DNA of 64,000 nucleotides, taken from positions 32,001-96,000 of IMG/VR virus record IMGVR_UViG_3300025131_000007. One strand, written 5' to 3'. The notes under the pieces are model-generated. The model saw only the letters and a list, made by a program, of their open reading frames with translations. It did not search any database and was not told the DNA's origin. Below are positions 18,625 to 27,993 of this stretch, piece by piece. A program made the translations under genes and the position numbers. This DNA comes from a virus. Position 1 is the stretch's first letter. The number at the start of each line of letters is the position of its first letter.

Positions 18625-21600
18625 ATGTTAAATCTCTCTACGGTTCTAAGATCGTACATGACTGAATATTCTGACGACGAACTAGAGGAACTTGATAACC
18701 TTATTGAGGAAAAAGCCGGGTCACTCGCTCAAGACTATCAGGCGGCTCTTAACAAAGTGCAGGGCTGCAGCGTAGAATTGGCACAATTGCAGAAAGAATT
18801 AAAATTATATTTACAATCAATTTATGCAGATAATCCTATATGGCTTAATACGAGTCTCAAAGAATCTGTTGACAACATAGCCTGGGGCGCCCCAGGCACT
18901 AGCGCCCAACGAACGGAAACTGCGGCTATTTATGGCGCAAAAGATGACCGGCAATTGATTTTATTACAACAAGCCGGCCAAACGTGGCCGGCTAAAGTTC
19001 TAGATATAAAAGAAATAGAGGGATTAGAGGGAGTATCGCACCCATCTTTGTTGCCCTGCATTACCCTCGTCGACGCGTCTCAATTATACACGCCAGATTT
19101 TACGGATGTGGATTATCCCGCAGCCATGTATCTCTTGGATACGAATCTGAAGGCACAGGAAACACTTAAGAATGCCAAGATGCCCGGGCAAGGCGTTGCC
19201 ACCGCTAGTCTTTATCCCCAAGGGCTCGTTTCCTTGTATGCGGGAATATTGGCCCAGTGTGAATTGTTGGTGTCTTTCAACATGATGATCGATGAGGAAG
19301 CTGCCCGGGGCCTGACTATGGCATCATCATTGCAGATGGATTCTTCTTATTCTCACGAAGCTACCTATGACCAAATTTCACACATTAATCATAGACTTTA
19401 TAAAAATGTATACGGGGGCACCGAACAATTAGGTTCGGGCGTACCCATATCAGCAGTAGGCCCAGACACTTTATATGAAATTTTACAATATGGGGGTTAT
19501 TCTGTTTTTAATGTGTTTGGTTCTCAGGCGACAACTTATGTAGATGACGGAATACGTCGAGCCCAACATGTTGAAATTCAAAACATATCTGGTCAATTAT
19601 CTCCCATTGAATTGTTGAAATATCTCAATGCGGGTGCCGCCAAGTTTGGAAACTTTCACCCTACTGATGCGGAATTAGCTTCAACAACTCCTTCTGAGTC
19701 GCCTTGGGCTGTGGGAAGCGATTGGATCGTTGGTCTAAAGAAATATCTTCAAGATGTAGCTAATAATTTGTTAAGAATTTTGGGAGAAATGAGACGTAAT
19801 TCGGAGTGTATTTATAGAGCAGATGTGGCATTGCGCGAAAAACAACAAAAAGTTTTTGAGGATTTAGCAAGCGAGCGCCCTATTTTCGCAGAAAATCCCG
19901 AAGTTTTACAAAAAGCTCTCGATAATTTAATGCTCGGAAACTTGGAAGAGTTTATCGGAGAGTCAGGTTTTTTTGCAAGTCAAATATTGTTCAAAGAACA
20001 ATGTTGGTTATTGGCATATGTAGATTTGCTCGCTCGCTACAAGAAGGAGCATTTGGATGTAGGTCATGGGGGAACCATTTTCTCCAGCACTAACCGGGGA
20101 ACTTATTCCACACCGCGTAAAGGAACAGCTAAAAAGTTTTTACCATACGTCAATTTACCGCAAAATCCCGAACGGGTGGGCAAATTGAATTCAACATTGT
20201 TGGTGGATAGCGATCCGTATGCGTTTATTAATCGGTTGACGTTCAATCCTCATCTTCCAGCTTATTTAAATATCGACAACCACGAGTTATCTAATTTGCA
20301 GCCAAAAATTCGTTTATCGAAGGTGATTTATGAAAAAGAAGGATCGAAACGAAATGATTTAAGAGAGGTAGAATTTGATTTTGAATCTTATTTCGATACT
20401 TCGCGAATGGTGGGCCCAGGTAAAAAAACCAACATCCTACAAGATCGGAAGCGACGTGGGAGCGGGGTTGGTATTACGAGTTTTGATTTTGCTTATGACG
20501 GATCTAACCCTTTTGCTATTAAGAAAAGTATTACCGCGAATTTAAAATTATACGCCACGGATATCAAGGAATTGTTTGAAGTGCGCGGGGGTCAAAACGG
20601 CTCCCCCGAATGGCGTTATGTAGATTTAGCCTTAAAAACGGGAGATGTGAGTGCAGAGACTAAAAAATGTTTTAATCATATCAAAGAAAATGCGGATAAT
20701 TATGCTCTTAATTTTCGGTTGCGGGCGCATGTGGGAATGGCGCGCCCTACAACTTTGATCAATAAAAACAATGAGGGTCTTAAGGAAGCGTTACAAGATG
20801 CCTATGTGACTCTAAATCTTACGCCGACCGTTCATAATTTTGAGCTTGATGAGATGGGGCGCGTTGTTTTTAATATTACTTATTTGGCATATATTGAAGA
20901 AATGTTTGATCAGCCTGTATATAATATTTTTGCCAACGCTCGAAGCGCAACGAACCAAAAGGAACTGGTGGCTTTAAAAAGAATTCAGAGACAATTTGAA
21001 TTAGAATTCGCCCAAAAGAATTGCGGCAATAAAGAAATGGATGAATTGCGTGAGAAATTTGAAGACCAAATTGCCAGTGAAACATCTCTAAGTTTGCAAA
21101 TGATTATACAAACATTGATGACAGAAGGAAGAATTCAGTATGTTCCCTTGGATTCAGCGATGATGGCCAGTTTTGCCAACAAAGGGCCTTCCACAAAAGA
21201 GAAGGGCATACGTCGCAGAATTGAAAAGTTTTTAGAAGGAAAGGGAGTTCTACCTCTTCAGGAAAACCTCAAAAAATTGAAGGCAATTCCCATTTTGAAT
21301 AACGCCATCGATCTTCAAGCCGATTTGGAAGCGCGCACCAATCAGGTAGTAAATGCCCATACGACAAATTATAAGAACAGAGCCGACACAGATAAACAAA
21401 CATCGGTTGCCAAAGTTCTTACGGAAGGGGCAGATCCCAACACTTATGTAATTTCTTATTTTTATGTTAGTGACCTGATAGATATTATTTTGAGTAATAT
21501 TGAAAAAGAATTGAAGAGGCTTCCGGATGAATTAGTGGATATCCAAAGCGATTATCTAGATGTGAGCACCAAAGAGGTTTGGGTCAGAGAGAAGCGAAAA

Positions 21601-22623
21601 GAATTGGAACAATATGCGTTAAATTTACGACGCTTGCGCGTGGTGTTGGGGCCGGCAGAATTATTTACCACGGCTGGGGCAGACGGTGGAAGACAATCGC
21701 ATATCATAAGTTTGGGAGATATCCCCATTTCAGTCAAATATTTTTTAGAATGGATGACGGATAAAATGTTAAAGAAACAAGAAGTTTTTTATTCCTTTAC
21801 TAAATTTTTAAATGATTTATTTAATGACTTGGTGCGCAATTTTTTAAATAATGAAGATTGCTTTGGCTACTCGATTAAACAAAAGACGCGAGTTCAGCAA
21901 GCCACCTTGACATCATATACGCCGGATCCGAATATAGATCCCCTAACTGCCATGGCACAAGAACAGAATTCGACGCGCCTTGATTTGGGGCTCTTGCCGC
22001 AAGGAAGACGGTTGCTAGAATTATCAGGCCCCTCAGAAAGTGTGCGTACGACCATTCCCATTCAAAATGAAATTAATTATTTTACTTATTTTATTGGAAG
22101 AGTTCAGCCTTTTGAGCTTATGAACGGCAACAAAGCGCAAGACGAGGGGAGAGGAATTTTTCATTATTTGTTGGGAAGAGATAAGGGCATTATTAAGAAC
22201 ATTAAAATGTCAAAAACCCAAACACCAGGATTAGCGGAGGTTAGATTTGAACAGGAGGGGTATGATGGCTTAAGTCAGTTGCGCGTAATTTATGATGTGC
22301 AGATTGAGACATTTGCTAACGTTCAAACCTTTCCGGGAACTTATATTTATGTTGATCCGCAGGGATTTTCCCCGTCGGGTAAAAATATTCCCGACTCTAA
22401 CTTAACATTAACAGATTTGGGGATTGGTGGTTATTATATGATATATAAGTCAGAGCATGGTTTTGGGCGTGGATATGCTCAGTCTATTATTCATGCCAAG
22501 TGGGTTCATGCGATTCAGCAAGAGGAAGCTTTGCGTGATTGTCAAGTTCTCATGGATGCTAGCGCAGGGAACGGCGGCCGTATGTCGCCATGGTGTCGGA
22601 TAACCGAGGCTTCTAAAAAATAG
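18625..22623 (+). CDS. large baseplate hub-like protein
   Basis: C-terminal FPGTYIYVDP..LGIGGYYMI..EH.F pattern typical of hub/tail D-type folds; synteny. Confidence 0.5.
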   Translation: MLNLSTVLRSYMTEYSDDELEELDNLIEEKAGSLAQDYQAALNKVQGCSVELAQLQKELKLYLQSIYADNPIWLNTSLKESVDNIAWGAPGTSAQRTETAAIYGAKDDRQLILLQQAGQTWPAKVLDIKEIEGLEGVSHPSLLPCITLVDASQLYTPDFTDVDYPAAMYLLDTNLKAQETLKNAKMPGQGVATASLYPQGLVSLYAGILAQCELLVSFNMMIDEEAARGLTMASSLQMDSSYSHEATYDQISHINHRLYKNVYGGTEQLGSGVPISAVGPDTLYEILQYGGYSVFNVFGSQATTYVDDGIRRAQHVEIQNISGQLSPIELLKYLNAGAAKFGNFHPTDAELASTTPSESPWAVGSDWIVGLKKYLQDVANNLLRILGEMRRNSECIYRADVALREKQQKVFEDLASERPIFAENPEVLQKALDNLMLGNLEEFIGESGFFASQILFKEQCWLLAYVDLLARYKKEHLDVGHGGTIFSSTNRGTYSTPRKGTAKKFLPYVNLPQNPERVGKLNSTLLVDSDPYAFINRLTFNPHLPAYLNIDNHELSNLQPKIRLSKVIYEKEGSKRNDLREVEFDFESYFDTSRMVGPGKKTNILQDRKRRGSGVGITSFDFAYDGSNPFAIKKSITANLKLYATDIKELFEVRGGQNGSPEWRYVDLALKTGDVSAETKKCFNHIKENADNYALNFRLRAHVGMARPTTLINKNNEGLKEALQDAYVTLNLTPTVHNFELDEMGRVVFNITYLAYIEEMFDQPVYNIFANARSATNQKELVALKRIQRQFELEFAQKNCGNKEMDELREKFEDQIASETSLSLQMIIQTLMTEGRIQYVPLDSAMMASFANKGPSTKEKGIRRRIEKFLEGKGVLPLQENLKKLKAIPILNNAIDLQADLEARTNQVVNAHTTNYKNRADTDKQTSVAKVLTEGADPNTYVISYFYVSDLIDIILSNIEKELKRLPDELVDIQSDYLDVSTKEVWVREKRKELEQYALNLRRLRVVLGPAELFTTAGADGGRQSHIISLGDIPISVKYFLEWMTDKMLKKQEVFYSFTKFLNDLFNDLVRNFLNNEDCFGYSIKQKTRVQQATLTSYTPDPNIDPLTAMAQEQNSTRLDLGLLPQGRRLLELSGPSESVRTTIPIQNEINYFTYFIGRVQPFELMNGNKAQDEGRGIFHYLLGRDKGIIKNIKMSKTQTPGLAEVRFEQEGYDGLSQLRVIYDVQIETFANVQTFPGTYIYVDPQGFSPSGKNIPDSNLTLTDLGIGGYYMIYKSEHGFGRGYAQSIIHAKWVHAIQQEEALRDCQVLMDASAGNGGRMSPWCRITEASKK

Positions 22624-22635
22624 GAAGATAAAAGA

Positions 22636-23904
22636 ATGTCAATTTTTTTTAAGGAAAATAATTTTGAATCAACCTTCAATCTTTTTAACAAAAGTATTGT
22701 ATATCGGGGCACCGTGATTCGCCCCCAAGATAATAACATAGTTAATTTTCATCATGGGGAAAAATTTCTTTATGGCAAAATAAGGCGCGATGGAACACCT
22801 GTAGCTCCAATTGGAGACAGTGTTTTAAAAAGAATCACGGCTGCCGGAAACCCAAGTAACCCTCCCCAAGCAATGAATTTTGTAGTAGATGTGTTTGAGC
22901 AGATGTCATTGCAATTTCAAAAGTGTGTTGGGTTAAACAAAATTAGCTCCAATGATCCTTTTTTGTCTAATTTGGTGGCATATAAAGGATACGTTCAGCC
23001 GGCAGCATTATTCGCGGGTTATCAAAAAGTAATTTATAATTCCATTCGAGAATATTTCTCTTCCTCCGATATTCGCTTGACGAGCTTTGAGCAGTTTATT
23101 GCTATCTTTCGCGATCTCATGACAGGCATGTTGTCTCATGTGCGATTTACTTATCCGGGCTTTATTAAAAGCTCAGATTGCACTATTTTGGGGAGCGGTC
23201 TGGCAATTGAAATTGCAGACAAACAAAATTTTTCCAACGATAACAGTAAGATAAAAAAATTCACCAACAGCCCAAACTGGGATTTTTATGTTAATACTTG
23301 CGATTCTTACGGTTTCATGATAGATTATAATATACCCTGGAGAATTGTGGCAGATATTGATTGTGAATTAATGCGCATCGAAGCCGAGAAATATGGATAT
23401 GTAAATCCTTACGATCTTTTGGCAAGAGCTTACTCAGAGGTTTCTGTATCTTATTTTGTAAATAATTTCATTTCTGACTTGCTTAATCTCTATAATGATG
23501 TTAAGTTAGAGTATTGGAATGAACCAGCTTATTGTGAAGACGGATCAATAGGGGTTCAATCGGGAGGATCGCCCTCCTATACTTTAGCCGAGATTCAACG
23601 TAAATTTGGAATGACTTACTTTCTTAAATTATATTTATTTTGTCGCCTACTGGAAGAAAAACCAGAAATGCCCCAACAACACAAACTTCGATTAATCGAA
23701 GACGTAGTGAGAATGGTAAACAACAAAGATACCGCCTCTGCACCCGTTTCTTATTTTGAAAGAGTGATCAATAAAGAGTTTGACAAAATAGGATCTTACA
23801 CGTATCTTCGGAAAGCGGAGAAAGCAACTGCGTTGAGTGAGTTTGAAACCCAACAACGCCAATCTTTAGAAGTGAGCGAAACAGATGATATTTCAAACTA
23901 TTGA
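22636..23904 (+). CDS. hypothetical protein, last gene of the structural block
   Basis: 422-aa ORF with AGGA RBS; no motif recognised. Confidence 0.6.
   Translation: MSIFFKENNFESTFNLFNKSIVYRGTVIRPQDNNIVNFHHGEKFLYGKIRRDGTPVAPIGDSVLKRITAAGNPSNPPQAMNFVVDVFEQMSLQFQKCVGLNKISSNDPFLSNLVAYKGYVQPAALFAGYQKVIYNSIREYFSSSDIRLTSFEQFIAIFRDLMTGMLSHVRFTYPGFIKSSDCTILGSGLAIEIADKQNFSNDNSKIKKFTNSPNWDFYVNTCDSYGFMIDYNIPWRIVADIDCELMRIEAEKYGYVNPYDLLARAYSEVSVSYFVNNFISDLLNLYNDVKLEYWNEPAYCEDGSIGVQSGGSPSYTLAEIQRKFGMTYFLKLYLFCRLLEEKPEMPQQHKLRLIEDVVRMVNNKDTASAPVSYFERVINKEFDKIGSYTYLRKAEKATALSEFETQQRQSLEVSETDDISNY
23780..23808 (+). promoter_or_regulatory. sigma70-type promoter inside upstream CDS
   Basis: TTGACA-17 nt-TATCTT, about 75 nt before the PolA-like start. 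Confidence 0.5.
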
Positions 23905-25060
23905 TGACAAAAAAGAATGTATTGGTGTGTATACGGAGGGAGAATTGCATTTTGATAATTTTCCACAACCTCTTACACGCACTTGGAAATATAGTGCATC
24001 TCAACCACCACGCGGGGTGGAGTATGGGTGGATCTATGGTAATGGTAAATCATTAGAAGACGCAGCACCACCGGAGCTTGCAGAAGCACTTCAAGCAGCA
24101 CAGCGTAAAATGACCGCATATCGTAAATCATTTGAGATTGCGAAGCTAAAACTTAACGAACATTGTATTTTTGATCTGGTCCCCCAAAGTTTTTTAATGG
24201 AGTTTTGTGAGATTAAAAATCAAATTACACAACATGTGTTTGAGACGAACACCAAGCCTGATAATTACGAGCACTTAGTCAGTGTGCATAAGCTACTAGA
24301 GAAGATATCTTATCAGGAACTTAATTTAACCATTGATGATTGTAAGCACTTGATGTATGGAACTCTTGGGCGAAATAAAATCCAAGAGCTATTAAAGAAC
24401 TATCGTTATATTAAATATAATCTTTATGGCACTGTTACGGGTAGACTTACCACATCTTATGGGTCGTTCCCTATTTTAACATTGAAAAAAGAATTTCGTA
24501 ATCTAATAAAGCCCGTTCATGATTCTTTTGTGAGTCTGGATTATAATGGTGCAGAAGTGCGCACGTTTTTGGATTTATGCGGAAGCGAACAGCCGTTGGT
24601 GGATATACATACTTGGAATATAGAAAATATTTTTAAAGACGAAGATATGACCCGCGATGAAGCCAAGACTTTGTTTTTTGCATGGTTGTATAATCCCGAC
24701 TCTGATCAGTTAGATGATGAAATATATAATCGTAAAAAACTTCTTGACAAAGTGTATAAAGAGGGTTATATTATTACTCCATACGGGAGAACTCTTGCCG
24801 TGGGAGAAAGGAAAGCATTGAACTATCTTATTCAAAGCACAACAGCCGATAGGGTATTGTCGAAAGCGGTGGCTATTGATCAACTCCTAGCTGACCGTCA
24901 ATCTTTTATTTCTCATATAGTGCATGATGAAATTGTCATTGATTACAACGAAGCAGATAAAGATCTTTTGCTCGATATCAAAAACATTTTTGAAGACGGC
25001 TATCTGTCGAACATGAAAGTGGGAAAAAATTATTATCATTTAAATATGTTGGAATTATGA
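23885..25060 (+). CDS. minimal family A DNA polymerase (no exonuclease domain recognised)
   Basis: TVTGRL, motif A LDYNGAEVR, motif B RDEAKTLFFAWLY, NYLIQSTTAD and motif C VHDEI. Confidence 0.85.
   Translation: MIFQTIDDKKECIGVYTEGELHFDNFPQPLTRTWKYSASQPPRGVEYGWIYGNGKSLEDAAPPELAEALQAAQRKMTAYRKSFEIAKLKLNEHCIFDLVPQSFLMEFCEIKNQITQHVFETNTKPDNYEHLVSVHKLLEKISYQELNLTIDDCKHLMYGTLGRNKIQELLKNYRYIKYNLYGTVTGRLTTSYGSFPILTLKKEFRNLIKPVHDSFVSLDYNGAEVRTFLDLCGSEQPLVDIHTWNIENIFKDEDMTRDEAKTLFFAWLYNPDSDQLDDEIYNRKKLLDKVYKEGYIITPYGRTLAVGERKALNYLIQSTTADRVLSKAVAIDQLLADRQSFISHIVHDEIVIDYNEADKDLLLDIKNIFEDGYLSNMKVGKNYYHLNMLEL
24744..24772 (+). promoter_or_regulatory. sigma70-type promoter embedded in PolA-like gene
   Basis: TTGACA-17 nt-TATATT, preceded by GGT as in the intergenic copies. 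Confidence 0.55.
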
Positions 25061-25896
25061 TTTCAATTATTGGGTTAGGAAGCGCCGCATCACGTATCGC
25101 ACAACAATTTTCTATAACGCCGAATTACAATGTTTATATGCTGAGCGATGAATTTTCACGTAGCTCTAAGAGAAAATATAAATTAAAATCTTACGAAACA
25201 CCAGAAGAGTATGAAACCAATATTCCATCACTTAAGAAGTTTTTTGCAGATGTAGATGATCACGTGCAATTTTTTGTGGTAGGATCTTCTTATAGTTCCA
25301 ATTATACATTGGGAGTATTAGAGCAAATTAAAGATAAAAAGATTGAGATTTTCTATATTCAACCGGATACAGAATTGCTGACGGGGATCCCCAAACTGTT
25401 AGATAAGATCGTGTTTAGTGTTCTTCAGGAATACGCCCGCAGCGGATTGTTGCAGTCGTTTACTGCGATATCTCATTTGAAAATAGAAGAAGCGATCGGA
25501 GACATCCCCATTAAATCGTATTATAATGCTTTGAATAAGACGGTTTTTTCGACTGTTCATTATTGTAATTATTTTAACAATGCGGAGCCTGAGATTGGTA
25601 CCGTAGCCCGCCCACTGGAGATAAATCGGATCCGTAGCATCGCCATGTTAAACCCTGAAAATTTATCAGAAAAATGGTTTTTTGACCTTGACAACGAGCG
25701 AGATTTATGTTATTATATATGTATAAACCAAGAGAAGTTGGAAAAGGATGGCACTTTGCATAAACGATTGGTTGAGAAACTGAAAAGTAAGCCGAGAAAT
25801 GCATTTAGAAAGATATCTTATGCAATTTATGAAACACCACATGAAGATTTTGGGTTCTGCGTTGCCCACACAAACGCAATACAAAATTACACTTGA
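25057..25896 (+). CDS. divergent tubulin/FtsZ-fold protein
   Basis: N-terminal IIGLGSAASRIA resembles the T1 loop; the GGGTGSG signature is replaced by GSSYSSN. ATGA overlap with the PolA-like gene. Confidence 0.55.
   Translation: MISIIGLGSAASRIAQQFSITPNYNVYMLSDEFSRSSKRKYKLKSYETPEEYETNIPSLKKFFADVDDHVQFFVVGSSYSSNYTLGVLEQIKDKKIEIFYIQPDTELLTGIPKLLDKIVFSVLQEYARSGLLQSFTAISHLKIEEAIGDIPIKSYYNALNKTVFSTVHYCNYFNNAEPEIGTVARPLEINRIRSIAMLNPENLSEKWFFDLDNERDLCYYICINQEKLEKDGTLHKRLVEKLKSKPRNAFRKISYAIYETPHEDFGFCVAHTNAIQNYT
25688..25716 (+). promoter_or_regulatory. sigma70-type promoter embedded in tubulin-like gene
   Basis: TTGACA-17 nt-TATTAT with an extended -10 TGn. Confidence 0.55.
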
Positions 25897-25921
25897 CAAA
25901 CTACGTTGAGTGTGTTACATT
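25893..25921 (+). promoter_or_regulatory. sigma70-type promoter for ssb
   Basis: TTGACA (overlapping the TGA stop)-17 nt-TACATT with TGn. Confidence 0.7.
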
Positions 25922-25973
25922 AAAGATACTGAGGAAAGCTTAGTATACTATATTCTTAAACAGGAGAAATAAA

Positions 25974-26744
25974 ATGGGAATTAATATGGAACTTATGCGC
26001 AAGAAACTTGCTGCCTTGCGTGGAAATGGCGGAGATGCCAAATCTTCTGTCTGGTTTAAGCCAGATGAGGGAGATACAGATATTCGGATCATTCCATCAA
26101 AAGATGGGGATCCTCTTAAAGAGATGCATTTTCATTACAATGTAGGAAACCACCACGGTGGTGTGCCATGCCCCAAGCGTAATTATGGGGAAAGTTGCCC
26201 AATTTGTGAATTTGCTTCTCAGCTTTGGAGAGAGGGAGTAGACAACAACGACGAAGAAAGCAAAAAGCTTGCTAAGTCTCTTTTTGTTCGTCAACGCTAT
26301 TTTTCTCCTGTTGTTGTCCGAGGTCGTGAAGACGAAGGCGCGAAGGTGTATGGCTATGGAAAAAAAGCTTACGAACTTTTGCTGGGATACATTCTCGATC
26401 CCGAATATGGAGATATCACTGATATTCTTGAGGGAACTGATATCACCCTAACTTACACTAAACCAAACAAGCCTGGGGCATACCCTCAGACGAGCCTAAA
26501 GATGCGTCGAAATACTTCTACGCTGTTGGAAGATACGGAAGCCATTCCCGCCCTCCTTGACGGCATTCCGGAATTCAACTCCCTATTTGAAAGGTTGAGC
26601 ACAGCGCAGGTTGAGGCAATTCTAGATGAGCAGTTGGCTAGCGATGGAAGCGCTGAGCAACGCTCTGCTGAAAGCACCCGATACAACAAAGATAACACTG
26701 GAAGCAGTGTAGATCGAGCATTTAATGAGTTGATGTCGGGCTAA
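25974..26744 (+). CDS. single-stranded DNA-binding protein, T4 gp32-like
   Basis: WFKP..G...IRIIP, H..CP..CPICE zinc ligands, RYFSPVVVRG, GTDITL, and a C-terminal DRAFNELM. Confidence 0.85.
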   Translation: MGINMELMRKKLAALRGNGGDAKSSVWFKPDEGDTDIRIIPSKDGDPLKEMHFHYNVGNHHGGVPCPKRNYGESCPICEFASQLWREGVDNNDEESKKLAKSLFVRQRYFSPVVVRGREDEGAKVYGYGKKAYELLLGYILDPEYGDITDILEGTDITLTYTKPNKPGAYPQTSLKMRRNTSTLLEDTEAIPALLDGIPEFNSLFERLSTAQVEAILDEQLASDGSAEQRSAESTRYNKDNTGSSVDRAFNELMSG

Positions 26745-26754
26745 CAAGGCTCCC

Positions 26755-26785
26755 GCCGCTGGCAGATCGGTTACAATAATCTGCC
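26755..26785 (+). ncRNA. structured RNA motif, copy 1 (hairpin/pseudoknot)
   Basis: GCCGCT-GGCAGAT-CGGTTACAATA-ATCTGCC followed by a T-rich tail. Confidence 0.5.
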
Positions 26786-26816
26786 TTTATTTTAAACTAG
26801 TTTTAAGGAGAACGAA

Positions 26817-27626
26817 ATGATAAATATTTTTAAATTATGTTTGCTCATGGGTTGCGCTCAGCCCGAAGAGGGGCCGCTTGCGGACGACATTGCTTCAAGG
26901 CCAGAGGGAGAGGAATTGATTCCACCTGATGATCCATGGTCATACAAACCTGACATGGTGATGTTCCACAATGTGGCTGTTATAAATGAAGGGAATCAAA
27001 TTGCGTGTTTTGACGATGGGGATGGCACTCCTTATTGCGGCGTATATAAGGTGATCTTGACTATATGGGATGAGTGGGAAGGATTGTCGGATAGCGACAG
27101 TTGTCAAATTATTCATCGTGTAGCGCCAGAATATCTTATTGAGAACGAAGTCTCTCAAGATTTCGCAGCTTATAACACACGACATGCGTGGGAATTTGAT
27201 GCATCACAGTCTTTTGTTTCCACCACTCAACTGTGTGATATGATCGCAGAGGATAGCGATATAGCTAATGTGGTGGAGAAATTTAAAACTGAGAATGTGG
27301 CATTTGGATACAAAGAGCTTTCTGAAGATATGGCTGCCGAATATAAAAATAGCTTTGGTTCGAATTATACGGATGAAGAGTGGGCTGCTGAAGTTCAGCC
27401 TTATTTGTTGGGAATGACCAATCGCATCGAGGGAGTCTATCGAACTCCAAACGTTGGCGTTGTTTATGAGATTGATGAAGATAATCAATTAGTGGTCGAT
27501 GAGAACGATACGTGGAATCGTTTGATTTTTGAAGGAACAGAAGAGGTTCCGACCGGCTATTATCGTGCGCCTTCTTATTATGTATATGATATCGGAACAT
27601 TTGTGCCGGAAGAGATAGGAGAATAA
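26817..27626 (+). CDS. acidic putative lipoprotein
   Basis: AAGGAG RBS; short hydrophobic N-terminus ending LLMGC; very acidic mature part. Confidence 0.55.
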   Translation: MINIFKLCLLMGCAQPEEGPLADDIASRPEGEELIPPDDPWSYKPDMVMFHNVAVINEGNQIACFDDGDGTPYCGVYKVILTIWDEWEGLSDSDSCQIIHRVAPEYLIENEVSQDFAAYNTRHAWEFDASQSFVSTTQLCDMIAEDSDIANVVEKFKTENVAFGYKELSEDMAAEYKNSFGSNYTDEEWAAEVQPYLLGMTNRIEGVYRTPNVGVVYEIDEDNQLVVDENDTWNRLIFEGTEEVPTGYYRAPSYYVYDIGTFVPEEIGE

Positions 27627-27631
27627 ATAAA

Positions 27632-27712
27632 ATGAACGAAGATTTTTACGAAGACCCCGATTCAATATCTGACGATGACTATGACGACGATGATTGGGAC
27701 TATGAAGATTAG
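27632..27712 (+). CDS. 26-aa hyperacidic peptide
   Basis: AGGAG RBS at about 27617; MNEDFYEDPDSISDDDYDDDDWDYED. Confidence 0.45.
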   Translation: MNEDFYEDPDSISDDDYDDDDWDYED

Positions 27713-27738
27713 GGCGTAAACCTGATTAAAAAACAAAC

Positions 27739-27770
27739 AACCGCAGGGAGGCACGGGTTACAGGTGCCTC
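27739..27770 (+). ncRNA. structured RNA motif, copy 2
   Basis: AACCGCAGG-GAGGCAC-GGGTTACAG-GTGCCTC followed by GTTTTATT. Confidence 0.6.
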
Positions 27771-27799
27771 GTTTTATTAAACAAACGAGGTGAAAAAAG

Positions 27800-27928
27800 A
27801 TGTTTAATCTACTCCTATATATGTTTACCGCCTGTGGGGAAGTTGAAGATACAGCCGAACCAGAGGTGGTTGAAGAAGAACAAGAAGAGGTGGTTGAAGA
27901 AGAAGATTCTGCCGTTTCTGAAGAGTGA
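27800..27928 (+). CDS. 42-aa acidic lipoprotein
   Basis: GAGGTG RBS; MFNLLLYMFTAC-GEVEDTAEPEVVEEEQEEVVEEEDSAVSEE, with a lipobox-like FTAC and an 18-bp internal repeat. Confidence 0.6.
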   Translation: MFNLLLYMFTACGEVEDTAEPEVVEEEQEEVVEEEDSAVSEE

Positions 27929-27934
27929 ACATAT

Positions 27935-27966
27935 GCCGCAGGGAGGCATGGGCTTACAGATGTCTC
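27935..27966 (+). ncRNA. structured RNA motif, copy 3
   Basis: GCCGCAGG-GAGGCAT-GGGCTTACAG-ATGTCTC, followed by a T run and the recA RBS. Confidence 0.6.
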
Positions 27967-27993
27967 GCCATTTTTTAAGGAGGGCAAAAAAGA

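Noticed and set aside
26755-27966. Repeated hairpins as a CRISPR array or HDV-like/theta ribozymes
   Set aside because: Spacing is irregular (about 980 and 200 bp) with genes between, there are no cas genes, and the HDV nested double-pseudoknot elements and adjacent tRNAs are not evident.
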